A stretch of 64,000 nt of DNA from Myxococcales bacterium (GCA_047601445.1 JASGJH010000001.1:6752001-6816000); one strand, 5' to 3'. Positions 27,128 through 36,754 are shown, counted from the first letter of the stretch. The notes: a model not told the origin generated them from the sequence alone. Numbers and translations are program-made.

Positions 27128-29170
27128 TCACAACGTCTTCAAGTACTCAATCAGCGCCCGCCGCTCGCCATCCGTCAGAACGCTCGTGAACGCGTGGCCT
27201 CCATTGCCCTGCGAGTAGTGATGCGTGTTGTAGATCTTGCGCTTTTCCAGCGTCTGGGCGTCCTGTGGCTGAGGGCCCACGTTCCAGCTGAACCAGACGC
27301 TGTCGTAGGGTCCCGAGCCGAGTGCTGCAGCACGGTCGCTGGTCTCGTCGTCCGCCGCACCGCAATCGAGTTCGGGCGTGAGCAGCTTGTCGCCGCAGGG
27401 GAGGTCTTCGTACTTCCAGCCGAGGCGTTCATGATCGTAGGCACGGGTCAGGTCGGTGTCGTAGCCCATGAACGCGTCCGGTGAGCTCGCCGGGGCCGGC
27501 GCAGACACGCGGCGCCAGATGTCTTTGCGCGCGGAGGGGTCGAGGACTTCCCATGCATTGGGCACCGAGCCGTTGTGAAAGTAGGGCGCGGTGGCCCACA
27601 CACCGTAGAGCGGAGGGGCGAGGTAGCCTCCCTGGTCGCTCACACCAAAGCACGCTCCGGGCTCGTCGGCCGTACCGTAGGACCACCAGGAGTATTGCAG
27701 TGTCTTCTGTAGGCCCTCGTTGAGCGAGCGGTAGCGGGCGGGGTCAGTGTCGATGATCTGCAGCGGAACGACGAAGGCGGCGATGCCCTCGAGTTCGGGA
27801 CGCTCGAGGTAGGCGGTATCGTGCACGTAGCGTGGCGCATAGACGCCGTGGCAAGACGCGCACGAGCCATTTCCTCCCGCAGGTCGTGGCACTGGGTTGG
27901 CGAGGTTCGGGGCCCACAGGTCGATGTTGTGGAAGAGGATGGCGCCCGCTTCGGCCAGCTCCTGGTTCAGTTCGCCGGGGTAGGCGGGGGAGGTGAGAGA
28001 CTCGATCCAGAGCTGCACGTCGCCGTCGCGCTCGTCGATCCATTCACGACCACGCTGGACATCCAGGATGCTCGAGTAGGTGAACAAGGGCATGAAGAAG
28101 CCCATCACGGGTCGGGCGTCGTCCATGCTGAAGCTGCCATCGTGGAAGCGGCGCGTGCGGTGGCCTGCGTTCCACCACACGGGATAGTCCACGCTGCCCT
28201 GGGCCGGTGCGGCCACCAGGGATTCGTTGTAGTGCTGCGCGCGATCCACATCGAGGGCGGCGATCGCCGGGTACAGCAGGATATCGCCCGTGCCACGCAC
28301 CTTGTTGGCAGCGACGGGCACGAGTCCCGTGAGACCCCCCATGAACTTGCCGAAGCCGGCGCTCACGTCGAGCAGGGAGTTGCCGCTGCCGTACAGCGTG
28401 CCGAGTCCTGGCCCGTCGCCGCTCTCACCGACCTTGCTGCTGTGACACCAGTGGCAGTTGAAGCTGATGCTCCCGAGGTAACGACCCTCGTCATCGCGCA
28501 GTTGAGTGAGCGCCACAGGCAGCTGGCCGGAGCCGCCGGCCGTGGTGTTGGGATCTTCGCCCGGCAGTGGATAGGGATTGCGCGCTTCGCCCAGCGGGAT
28601 GCCCCAGCGTTCGGCCACCAGCTGGTCGAACTCAGCGGGGCGCTCTGACATGCCCCACTCGCGCCACAGACTGTTGTAGTCACCCGGGGCGATGGTGAGC
28701 ATGGCATCGCCGTGGTTTCCGCCGAAGAACCACATGCGTCCGCCTTCCATCATCCCCTTGCCGCGCGCGAGGGCAGCGCGGTACGCACCGCAGGTCGCAG
28801 GTGCATTGCCGTCGCAATCGCTCCAGTACGCGTTGAAGATGGGGATGCCCGCATCGACGCCGGGCTTGACGAGTGTGCGTGGATCGGTGGGCAGAGGCGC
28901 GTCGTCGGGCTGGTCCTCGCAGAAGCGATTCCAGACGTGACCGCCGTGTGCGCTTCCGAGCAGAGGGAGCTGCGGGTCGTCGCTGTTCGATGGATTGTGC
29001 GAGTCGGGCTCCGATGGTGCGGGCTCTCCGGCGTCGCGTTCCTCTCGGGCGGACGACGGTTCGCGAGAAGTGACGGGCCCCTGCGGATGTTCGGCTCCGC
29101 TGCAGCCGCCCCACGCGACCGCCAGGGCCAGCACCGACAGCGATGAGGCCAACTCCGTACGAGATGTCAT
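27128..29170 (-). CDS. Dihaem c-type cytochrome lipoprotein, rubber oxygenase RoxA-like
   Basis: Lipobox-like AWGGC; two CxxCH motifs (CHWCH, CASCH); GYLAPPLYGVWATAPYFHNGSVP; C-terminal YNTHHYSQGNGGHAF..LTDGERRALIEYLKTL. Confidence 0.8.
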   Translation of the reverse strand: MTSRTELASSLSVLALAVAWGGCSGAEHPQGPVTSREPSSAREERDAGEPAPSEPDSHNPSNSDDPQLPLLGSAHGGHVWNRFCEDQPDDAPLPTDPRTLVKPGVDAGIPIFNAYWSDCDGNAPATCGAYRAALARGKGMMEGGRMWFFGGNHGDAMLTIAPGDYNSLWREWGMSERPAEFDQLVAERWGIPLGEARNPYPLPGEDPNTTAGGSGQLPVALTQLRDDEGRYLGSISFNCHWCHSSKVGESGDGPGLGTLYGSGNSLLDVSAGFGKFMGGLTGLVPVAANKVRGTGDILLYPAIAALDVDRAQHYNESLVAAPAQGSVDYPVWWNAGHRTRRFHDGSFSMDDARPVMGFFMPLFTYSSILDVQRGREWIDERDGDVQLWIESLTSPAYPGELNQELAEAGAILFHNIDLWAPNLANPVPRPAGGNGSCASCHGVYAPRYVHDTAYLERPELEGIAAFVVPLQIIDTDPARYRSLNEGLQKTLQYSWWSYGTADEPGACFGVSDQGGYLAPPLYGVWATAPYFHNGSVPNAWEVLDPSARKDIWRRVSAPAPASSPDAFMGYDTDLTRAYDHERLGWKYEDLPCGDKLLTPELDCGAADDETSDRAAALGSGPYDSVWFSWNVGPQPQDAQTLEKRKIYNTHHYSQGNGGHAFTSVLTDGERRALIEYLKTL

Positions 29171-29300
29171 GTCTGCCCCCAAGCCAAGCCAAGCACTACG
29201 TCGGCGGTGGGCGGCTCGTCCCCCGGCGTTCTCGCGCGACCCGAGAAGACCTGGAGGACACCTTGCCATCCATCGCCGTCTTGGGTTGTACTCCAGCGCG

Positions 29301-29972
29301 ATGTCCCCAAGTACTCGCATTGCTTCGCGTCTGCCTTCGGTGCCGCGTGCGCGCCGGAAGCCACGCTTAACCCCGAAGAAAGTGCCTCAGCAGCCGCGGG
29401 CTCGGCTCACCTTCGACAGCATCCTCGACGCGAGTGCTCGAATTCTCGGGGAGCTCGGTTACGACGCCTTGACGACCAACGGAGCCGCGGCAGTGGCAGG
29501 GGTCGCGGTGGGTGGCGTGTACGCGTACTTTCCCAACAAGGAGACCATCGTGGCCGAGCTCGTGCGGCGCACGATCGCGGACATTCTGGTCGAGATCGAG
29601 CAGACTTTCGCCGCAGCGGGCACCTTGGCGGATTCTGGCGAAGCCATCGAGCAGCTCGTGCGCCAGAGCGCGCAGGTTTTGGCTCGGCGACGGGAACTCT
29701 TGCGGGTGTTCTTCGAGCAAGTGCCGTTCCTTTCCGACCTCGACGAGGTCAAGACGTTCCCGTTCAAGCTGTTCGAGATCGCATGGCGCTCCCGCGCGAT
29801 TTCGCATCCCGGGGTCTCCGAGAACAACGAGCTGGCGCGCGCCTACCTCTACTTGCTGATTCCCATCGGTCGTTGGGTGCCGTACGCAGCCATCATCGAC
29901 CGGCCTGCCTGGCTCAGCGCGGAGGCCGCGGAGGAGGCGATGGTCACGATCTTCCGGCGTCTGCTGGCCTGA
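29301..29972 (+). CDS. TetR/AcrR-family transcriptional regulator
   Basis: PQQPRARLTFDSILDASARIL..LTTNGAAAVAGVAVGGVYAYFPNKE HTH. Alternative GTG start at 29340. Confidence 0.9.
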   Translation: MSPSTRIASRLPSVPRARRKPRLTPKKVPQQPRARLTFDSILDASARILGELGYDALTTNGAAAVAGVAVGGVYAYFPNKETIVAELVRRTIADILVEIEQTFAAAGTLADSGEAIEQLVRQSAQVLARRRELLRVFFEQVPFLSDLDEVKTFPFKLFEIAWRSRAISHPGVSENNELARAYLYLLIPIGRWVPYAAIIDRPAWLSAEAAEEAMVTIFRRLLA

Positions 29973-30025
29973 CGCTGCGGAATCCCGCCGAGGCGGCAGC
30001 CGCGCAGAGTGCTAGCCTTCCGGCC

Positions 30026-31153
30026 GTGCGGGCGGGCGGTTGGCTAGTTTTCGCGACGACTCTTCTCTGGTGTCAGCTGGCTCATGCTGCGTTTGGTCTG
30101 CACTGGGTCCGCGTAAAGGGCGCGGAGAGCTGCATCGATCCGTACAGCCTTGCTGTGCGCGTCGAGGCATTGACGGGCCCGGTCTTCGCGTCGCCTTCCG
30201 CGACGGACCTCGTGATCGAAGGCGAGGTGGCACCCATTTCTGCAAGCGGGCCTGCCAGTGATTCTGGCCCAGTCGAAGCGCTTGCACTCGCCGGTGAGCA
30301 GAGCCCAGGTCGCTTCCGTGTTCGGCTTACGTTGAGCCGTCGCAGTGGCGCACCCGAGCGGGAGCGAGTTCTGGTCAGCTCTGGCGCGGACTGCCGCGAG
30401 CTCGACGCAACCGTAGCGTTCATCATCGCCCTGACGATCGATCCGCGCTTGGGTCTCGCCAAGCTGCCACCCGAGCTGGCAGCCCAGTTTGCCCAGGAGA
30501 TTCCTCCCGAAGAGGTCTTGCTCGAGGAGCTAAACGCGGCCCCACCGCAGCCTGTGGCACCCGCGCCAGCACCCGCCGTGGTCCGGCCGGTGTCCGCGAC
30601 CAAGCCGCCTTCGACTCGACCGGCGCCTGCGCCGCCCGGGCGTACGGAGGTGGCGCTTGCCGGAGCGTTCTTGAGCGGAACCTTGCCGCAGGTGATGGTG
30701 GGGGCTGGGGGCGCCGTCGGGGTCAAGGCGCTCTCCTATCTGACCGTGCTCGCGGACGCCCACGCGTTTTTCAGCCCATCGGCCCAGAACCTTCGGGAGG
30801 GTAGGGCTCGCTTCCGGGTTTACGATCTCGGCGTTTCGCTGTGTCCGACCCTGCCGGTGGGACGGCTGCAGCTGCGCGCCTGCGCGGGACCGCTTCTCAT
30901 GCGAGGAGAAGGCCTGGGGCAGGGCTTCAAGGTGAACCATCGTGCGGCCTTCTGGGACGTCGGTCTGCGGTTTGGGGGCGGCGGGACGCTGGCCCTGAGG
31001 CGCGGTTGGGGGCTGTTTCTCGACGTCAGCGGCCGGGTCCGCTTCAACGACAAATCCTTCAAGATTGCGCAAACTTGGGGGCAGCCTGTGACGGCGACGA
31101 CGGTGCACCGACTGGGCCTAATGGTCCTATTCGGGCCGAGCTACCGATTTTAA
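30026..31153 (+). CDS. Secreted protein with Pro-rich linker and C-terminal beta-barrel-like domain (ECF cassette member)
   Basis: Signal peptide ending CQLAHA; WVRVKGAESC N-domain; PAP linker; alternating strands ending FGPSYRF. Start is uncertain. Confidence 0.65.
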   Translation: MRAGGWLVFATTLLWCQLAHAAFGLHWVRVKGAESCIDPYSLAVRVEALTGPVFASPSATDLVIEGEVAPISASGPASDSGPVEALALAGEQSPGRFRVRLTLSRRSGAPERERVLVSSGADCRELDATVAFIIALTIDPRLGLAKLPPELAAQFAQEIPPEEVLLEELNAAPPQPVAPAPAPAVVRPVSATKPPSTRPAPAPPGRTEVALAGAFLSGTLPQVMVGAGGAVGVKALSYLTVLADAHAFFSPSAQNLREGRARFRVYDLGVSLCPTLPVGRLQLRACAGPLLMRGEGLGQGFKVNHRAAFWDVGLRFGGGGTLALRRGWGLFLDVSGRVRFNDKSFKIAQTWGQPVTATTVHRLGLMVLFGPSYRF

Positions 31154-31204
31154 TTTGGAAATTCGCGCCCCGAAGGACACGCACGCTTTACTGGAGTTCT
31201 GACC

Positions 31205-31798
31205 CTGTCCGCCCCCCTGCCAGAGACGACCTTTCAGGCCGTCTTCCAAGCGCACGCCCCCTTCGTGTGGCGCGTCCTGCGACGCTATGGGGTGAAGCCG
31301 GCCGATCTCGAGGACCTCTGCCAGGAAGTCTTCTTGGTCGTGTTCCGCAAGCTCTCGAGCTTCGAGGGCAGGTCCTCCGTTCGCACCTGGCTCTACGAGA
31401 TCGCACGGCGCACGGCGCTCGCCCATCGGCGCGGCGTTCGTACGCGCTCCGAGGTCGAGACGCCCGCTCTCGAGCTCAGCGGCAACAGCCGCACCCCCGA
31501 ACGCGAGCTCGAGGACCGTCGCGCCATGGCGTGGCTCGAACACACGCTCGCGCAGCTCGATGAAGACAAGCGCGAGGCCTTCGTGCTCCACGAGATCGAG
31601 GGCATGACCCTGGCCGAGGTGGCTGCCGCCGTGGGAGCCCCGGTCAATACCGTGCACTATCGGGTGCACGCGGCGCGCGGGCTGATTCAAGCCGCGAGCA
31701 ACAGGGCAAACCTGGTGCGGAGCGGGACGTTCGCGCCTACACGCAGCGACGCCTCCGATGCAAGCAGATCCTGCGAGCCAAGTAAGGAGATGCGATGA
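31205..31798 (+). CDS. ECF RNA polymerase sigma factor
   Basis: FQAVFQAHAPFVWRVLRRYGV..DLEDLCQEVF, FEGRSSVRTWLYEIA; region 4 REAFVLHEIEGMTLAEVA. Conserved sequence extends upstream of GTG 31265; probable CTG start at 31205 after GGAG. Confidence 0.9.
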   Translation: MSAPLPETTFQAVFQAHAPFVWRVLRRYGVKPADLEDLCQEVFLVVFRKLSSFEGRSSVRTWLYEIARRTALAHRRGVRTRSEVETPALELSGNSRTPERELEDRRAMAWLEHTLAQLDEDKREAFVLHEIEGMTLAEVAAAVGAPVNTVHYRVHAARGLIQAASNRANLVRSGTFAPTRSDASDASRSCEPSKEMR

Positions 31799-32601
31799 CA
31801 CACGACATCGACCCGCCGGGGGCTGGGCCTGACCTGGCCATGGAGCCATGGGTGGATGCGCCGGAGCTCTTTGCGAGGGCCAAGCAAGTCCAGCTCGCAG
31901 AGGGGCCCGACGATGCCGCGCAGGCGCGCATGCTCGCGCTGCTCATGACGGATCTCCAGGCACCGGCGAGCGCTCTACCTGCGCGAGCAGCGCGTTGGGT
32001 GCGCTACGCCGTGCCGCTGGCATGCGGCATTGGCATCGGAGTTGCGACCTGGATGCTGAGGCTCCCCGCGGGAACTCCTGCCCGCACGTCCGCTGTGGCG
32101 GTGGAGCGGGCCGAATGCGAACCCAACCCGGACTCACAGACGGACTCCCTTCCGACGGACTCAAGCGCCGTCGTCCCCGATGCTCCTGCATCACTCGAGC
32201 CTTCCCCTGTGCCCGCGCCCTCGACCCGTCTTCCCCCTGCGTCGAGGGTGCGGGCGCCGCAAGCGAGAGTCGAAGCGGTCGAGCTCGCCGTCCCTCCAGA
32301 AGCGCCCGCTGCTGTTGAGCAGAACGTGGCCGATGTGCCCAGCGAACTGCTCTTGCTCGCCAGGGCGCGGCGCATCATGCCGGCCAATCCAGCACGAGCT
32401 CTGGAACTGGCCGAGGAACATCGCTCCCTGCATCCGTCGGGTGTCTTGACCGAGGAGCGCGAGCTGCTGGCCATCGAGGCGCTGCTGCGCTTGCAACGAA
32501 AGGACGAAGCTGAGCAGCGCGGGCGAGCCTTCTCGGACGCTTTCCAGAGCTCCGTGCATGCACCCAGGGTCCGCGCGTTGCTGGAGGAGGGGGCGTTTTG
32601 A
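31795..32601 (+). CDS. Putative anti-sigma factor (single TM, Pro-rich linker, C-terminal TPR-like helices)
   Basis: ATGA overlap with the ECF gene; TM YAVPLACGIGIGVATW; C-terminal ELLLLARARR..ALELAEEH..PSGVLTEERELLAIEAL. Confidence 0.75.
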   Translation: MTHDIDPPGAGPDLAMEPWVDAPELFARAKQVQLAEGPDDAAQARMLALLMTDLQAPASALPARAARWVRYAVPLACGIGIGVATWMLRLPAGTPARTSAVAVERAECEPNPDSQTDSLPTDSSAVVPDAPASLEPSPVPAPSTRLPPASRVRAPQARVEAVELAVPPEAPAAVEQNVADVPSELLLLARARRIMPANPARALELAEEHRSLHPSGVLTEERELLAIEALLRLQRKDEAEQRGRAFSDAFQSSVHAPRVRALLEEGAF

Positions 32602-34025
32602 GTCGTACGCACCGAGCGCTCGCTGCGCGCATGGCGGGTGGATCCGTCAGGTATGCACTCGTCCTTGCCCTTGGCGGCGTAAGTCCGTGCTCGCTCCTGG
32701 CCTGCCGAGACAGCATGGTGCTCGGTGAGAGCAAGTGTGTCGAGCAGGGCCCCGCTTGCGGGACCGAAGCGCCCCACCAGGGAGTCGTGGATGGCGACCC
32801 GCACCGTTACGGGTTCGAGTTCCAGTCCGATACGGGCCAGCCGCCCATCCTGCGCCCCACCTGGACCATCGACTTGCGCTGCGAATCGAACCCCTGCGAC
32901 GGGGTCCAGCTCGAGTCTGCGCCGGACGGGGACTTCTGGCTTGCTGGGGTGGACTACGGGGGGCTAGAGGTCGTTCGCGTCTCTACGCAGGGCACGGTCG
33001 TCAGCCGCCACGGGGTAAAAACCAAAACCACCGACGCGTCCGACGTTCGTCTCACCGTCGATGAACATCTCAACGCATTCTTCGGCCCCTACCTCAATGA
33101 AGACTTTGGACTCTCGTTTCTGGGCGTGAACGGACAAGGCGTCGACACCGACATCGAATTGTCGGGGCTTCCTACGTCAGGCCACGGGTTTTTCACGGCA
33201 ACCCCGGAAGGGCATGTACGAGCCCTGCGCAGCAATCAGAGCAGCAGCGCAGTGTACGACTTCGACGGCGCGGGCAAGCTCGCATGGAAGCAGAGCGACC
33301 TGCGCGAGAAGCCCGCGACCGCCTATTCTTCGCAGGAGCTGACCGCGCTCGGGCAAGGCGTTGCCATCAGCGGCGGGAACACGGCCGTCGTGGTGTCGAA
33401 GCGTGGCGCTCTCGGGGACCACTGGGGCGTGACGGCGCTCGATTCTCGAGGCGACGTAGTCTGGGACGCGGTGCTGCAGCATGCGGGTCCAGGCTCGGTG
33501 CTAACGTCGCGCGTAGGCGGCGGATTCGTCATTGCGAGCCCGGTCGAAGGCAAAAAGGGCGCCGTGCAATTCTGCGCATTGAACGCGGATGGCATCCCCG
33601 ACTGGGTCGCGGAGATGACAGCCACCTTCGACGGAGTCGTAGCGGAAGAGCTGCACGTGCTCGCACTGGAAACCGACCGTGAAGGGGAGGTTTACGTGGC
33701 GCTAGCGCGCGACTATGAGCAGTTTCGTGGTTCGTGGGTTCTCTGCCGTATGCGGGTGGACGGAGAACCTCTGGCGCTCTGCGCGGACGCCGTCCTCTTT
33801 CCACGCGACATTGGCGCCGGTGCCCCATTGAGCGCAAACGACATGGTCGTACTCGAGCCGGGCGTCGTGGTCGCGTCCTACATGTCCTCGTATCCAGATG
33901 TCCACCTCAGCCTCTCGCGCATCGAGGTGCCTGCCCTGAGCGATTTCGACGCGTGGGCCGGTCCGCCTTCTTCCGATGCCGGTCCCCCAGGTTCCGACGC
34001 CGCGATCGATCCAACGCTGGAGTGA
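32598..34025 (+). CDS. Hypothetical lipoprotein, probable beta-propeller
   Basis: Lipobox LLAC; repeated D.xG.xxW blade-like motifs (DGAGKLAW, DSRGDVVW, NADGIPDW). Confidence 0.65.
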   Translation: MSRTHRALAARMAGGSVRYALVLALGGVSPCSLLACRDSMVLGESKCVEQGPACGTEAPHQGVVDGDPHRYGFEFQSDTGQPPILRPTWTIDLRCESNPCDGVQLESAPDGDFWLAGVDYGGLEVVRVSTQGTVVSRHGVKTKTTDASDVRLTVDEHLNAFFGPYLNEDFGLSFLGVNGQGVDTDIELSGLPTSGHGFFTATPEGHVRALRSNQSSSAVYDFDGAGKLAWKQSDLREKPATAYSSQELTALGQGVAISGGNTAVVVSKRGALGDHWGVTALDSRGDVVWDAVLQHAGPGSVLTSRVGGGFVIASPVEGKKGAVQFCALNADGIPDWVAEMTATFDGVVAEELHVLALETDREGEVYVALARDYEQFRGSWVLCRMRVDGEPLALCADAVLFPRDIGAGAPLSANDMVVLEPGVVVASYMSSYPDVHLSLSRIEVPALSDFDAWAGPPSSDAGPPGSDAAIDPTLE

Positions 34026-34116
34026 TCCTTCGTGGCCCTGTCTCTCTTTGTGAGAAAAGAACAGGAGCCCCCAAGAAATTTCTGGGAAAAGATCGGGCTC
34101 TCGACACTCACCGTTC

Positions 34117-35256
34117 ATGAGCATGCGAGAGCTGTCGCGGACGGTGCGGATCGGCCACCATCTTTCTGAAGTTCCCGTTTCCAAGCCTCCTCGTGCGTTT
34201 TCAACGCTAGGAAAGGCGCGCGAAGCTCGCGAGTCGACCGATCCAGCGATAGAGCGTGCTCCCGTGGTGGTCAGCCCCAACATGGTCCGGCTTTACGGGC
34301 TGGTAGCTCGGGTGGCGAGAGTGACGATGCCGGTGCTGGTCTTCGGCGAGACCGGCAGCGGCAAGGAGCTCGTGGCGCAGGCCATTCACCAGCGAAGCTT
34401 GCGGGCAAGGGGCCCCTTCAAAGCGCTCAATTGCGCGACGATCCCATCCGGCCTCACGGAGAGCGTGTTGTTTGGCCACGAGCGCGGCGCGTTCACCGGG
34501 GCAGACCGGCAGGTCCGCGGTATCTTCGAGCAAGCGGACGGCGGCACCATCTTTCTGGACGAGGTCGGAGAGCTGTCTGCGCAGGCGCAAGCTGCGCTGC
34601 TCCGTGTGCTCGAGACCAAGCGCATGACGCGAGTCGGCGGCGTCACGGAGATTGAGCTCGACGTGCGCGTGGTGGCTGCGACGCACCGAGATCTCCACAA
34701 GATGGTCGAAGGAGGCCGCTTTCGTGAGGACCTCCTGTTCCGGCTCGACGCTCTTTCGCTTCAAGTGCCCCCGCTGAGGGAAAGGCAGGAGGAGATCCGC
34801 CCGCTCGCGGAGCTATTTCTGGAAGAGGCCCGTGAGCGCTGGACCGCTCCCGCCAAGGTGTTCTCCGCTGAAGCGCTGGACGCTTTGGATGAGTTCGACT
34901 GGCCGGGTAATGTGCGACAACTCAGGAACGCGGTCGAGCGAGCCGCAGTGGCCTGTGAGGGGAGCCTCATCCAACTCGAGGACCTTCCCGAGTACCTGCA
35001 TCATCGAAGCCCCGCCGCGGCCATCGAGGCCATGGCCGCGGCGCCGGCCAATGACAGCCAAGACGATCTGAGACAACGCGTTCGCCAATTCGAGGCCGAG
35101 ATCGTGCGCGAGGCCCTGCAACGCAGTGGTGGCGATCAAGCCCAGGCGGCGCGCTTGCTGGGGATTCCTCGCAGGACGTTCTCCAATAGGCTCCGCGTCT
35201 TGGGCCTGGACTCTGCGAGTGCACTTCGTGCTCCCATGAGTAGGTCCAGTCCATGA
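34117..35256 (+). CDS. Sigma54-dependent enhancer-binding protein lacking an N-terminal sensory domain
   Basis: GETGSGKE, ESVLFGHERGAFTGA, FLDEVGE, WPGNVRQL and Fis HTH; only about 50 aa precede the AAA+ domain. Confidence 0.9.
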   Translation: MSMRELSRTVRIGHHLSEVPVSKPPRAFSTLGKAREARESTDPAIERAPVVVSPNMVRLYGLVARVARVTMPVLVFGETGSGKELVAQAIHQRSLRARGPFKALNCATIPSGLTESVLFGHERGAFTGADRQVRGIFEQADGGTIFLDEVGELSAQAQAALLRVLETKRMTRVGGVTEIELDVRVVAATHRDLHKMVEGGRFREDLLFRLDALSLQVPPLRERQEEIRPLAELFLEEARERWTAPAKVFSAEALDALDEFDWPGNVRQLRNAVERAAVACEGSLIQLEDLPEYLHHRSPAAAIEAMAAAPANDSQDDLRQRVRQFEAEIVREALQRSGGDQAQAARLLGIPRRTFSNRLRVLGLDSASALRAPMSRSSP

Positions 35257-35294
35257 AGCGCTAGCCTGGGCCCGGCCAAGGGCCGCCGTCGCGC

Positions 35295-36131
35295 TCAGTG
35301 CCCGGCCTGGGCCCGCGCGAAGACTCCCGGTGGTCGCCCGATGACGCGGCGAAAATCACGCGCGAAGTGGGCTTGGTCGGCGTAGCCGAGTTCAGCCGCC
35401 AGGCTTGCCAGCGTGACAGGTGCAGCCGCTCGCAGCCGCTCGGCGGCTTCTTGCAGTCGGTAGCGCTGGATCACCCACTTGGGGGGAACACCGACGTAGG
35501 TTTGAAAGCGGCGCTGTAGTGTTCGCACGTCGAGCTTCGCGGCAGCAGCGACCTGTTCGACACGACAAAGCGTGGCGTCCGCGCCGACCCGCTCGACGAC
35601 GTCTCGCAGCCCGGCAACGACCGGAGGCAATGCAGGCACCAGCGTGCGCAAGAAAGTCTCGGTGAGATCGATCTCGTCCTGCAGCGATTGCGCGTGCTGC
35701 ACCCCTAGCGCCCAATCATTCGCGCGAGCCCCGAAGAGGCGCGCTGCCGGCGCGCTGCGATCCGTCAGGCTCGACAACGCTGCTCTCAGAAGCGGCTGAA
35801 ACGTCGCGGGTCGAAACTGCACGACGAAGTACTGCCCGCTGTCGCTGCGCGTGTTGCCGTAGCGGCCGGTTCTCACGCCGACGGCCCGCGCGCTCCACGC
35901 ATTTCTCTGCACCTCGAGCTCGATGCGCGCGGCCGGATGCGGCAGCGTGTCGACCCTAAGCGGCGAGCGCAGATCCCAGTGCGCCGACCCGTAGTGATGG
36001 ATGTAGGGCGCGAGATCGGGCGAGGGCAAGACACGCCGAACTTCGAGCCGACCGTCCGGAACGCTCGCCGACAGCAGGCCACGCCCCGCAGGTGCGGCAT
36101 ACAGCGCGGAGACTGATTTCGTCGCGGACAT
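35295..36131 (-). CDS. AraC-family regulator (DUF6597-type N-domain)
   Basis: PSPDLAPYIHHY...TLPHP; C-terminal RTLQRRFQTYVGVPPKWVIQRYRL and LGYADQAHFARDFR. Confidence 0.9.
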   Translation of the reverse strand: MSATKSVSALYAAPAGRGLLSASVPDGRLEVRRVLPSPDLAPYIHHYGSAHWDLRSPLRVDTLPHPAARIELEVQRNAWSARAVGVRTGRYGNTRSDSGQYFVVQFRPATFQPLLRAALSSLTDRSAPAARLFGARANDWALGVQHAQSLQDEIDLTETFLRTLVPALPPVVAGLRDVVERVGADATLCRVEQVAAAAKLDVRTLQRRFQTYVGVPPKWVIQRYRLQEAAERLRAAAPVTLASLAAELGYADQAHFARDFRRVIGRPPGVFARAQAGH

Positions 36132-36226
36132 CTCTCCCCACGATGCACGCGCTGTCGCGTTTTATCAAGACACCGCTGCCGGGCCGGCGCTAGGACTGGC
36201 GACGTGTTTCGCTCATGAGGTGCACC

Positions 36227-36754
36227 ATGCCCATCGCTGCCCACGACGTATCCGTCGTGCTGTTCGTTCGCGCACTAACGGGTCTCAAGACGATGCTGAT
36301 CAAAGCCGAGCAGTACACCGTTGGCCACCAGCTTGCAGCATCCGATCTACTCGGGGCCCAGTTGGCTCCGGATATGCAGAACCTCGCCTGGCAAGCTCAT
36401 TGGGCTGCGGGGAGTGCGAGACTGGCGGTCGCGCGTCTAGTCGGGGCACGGCCCGTGATGCCGCAGGACGACGCCAAGACGTTCGCCGAGCTGCAGCAGC
36501 GGATCGACGCGGCGATCGAGGACCTGCGTGGCGCGTCGCCGTCAGAGATCGAGGCGGGCTTCGCGCGCGTGATCGAGCTCGAGCATCCCGGGGGCCGCAT
36601 GATGTTCACCGGGGACAAGTTTCTGCTCGAGTTCGCGATTCCCACGTTTTTTTATCATCTCACCAACGCGTACGCGATTCTGGGGCACCGAGGCGTGGAC
36701 GTGACCAGACGCGACTTTCTGGGCAGCGTTAGCGAAGTCTCGCGCGCTCAGTAG
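36227..36754 (+). CDS. DUF1993 (DinB-like) family protein
   Basis: LLGAQLAPDMQNL..Q, TFAELQQRI, FAIPTFFYHLTNAYAIL.HRGVDV..RDFLG. Confidence 0.88.
   Translation: MPIAAHDVSVVLFVRALTGLKTMLIKAEQYTVGHQLAASDLLGAQLAPDMQNLAWQAHWAAGSARLAVARLVGARPVMPQDDAKTFAELQQRIDAAIEDLRGASPSEIEAGFARVIELEHPGGRMMFTGDKFLLEFAIPTFFYHLTNAYAILGHRGVDVTRRDFLGSVSEVSRAQ

Noticed and set aside
29179..29193. (CCAAG)3 tandem repeat just upstream of the RoxA-like gene as a phase-variation tract
   Set aside because: Three units is too short to support slipped-strand switching.
29207..30025. N-terminal extensions in ORFs 29207..31153 and 40794..42416 suggesting larger fusion proteins
   Set aside because: The extensions overlap the TetR and DprE1-like genes out of frame; signal peptides mark later starts.
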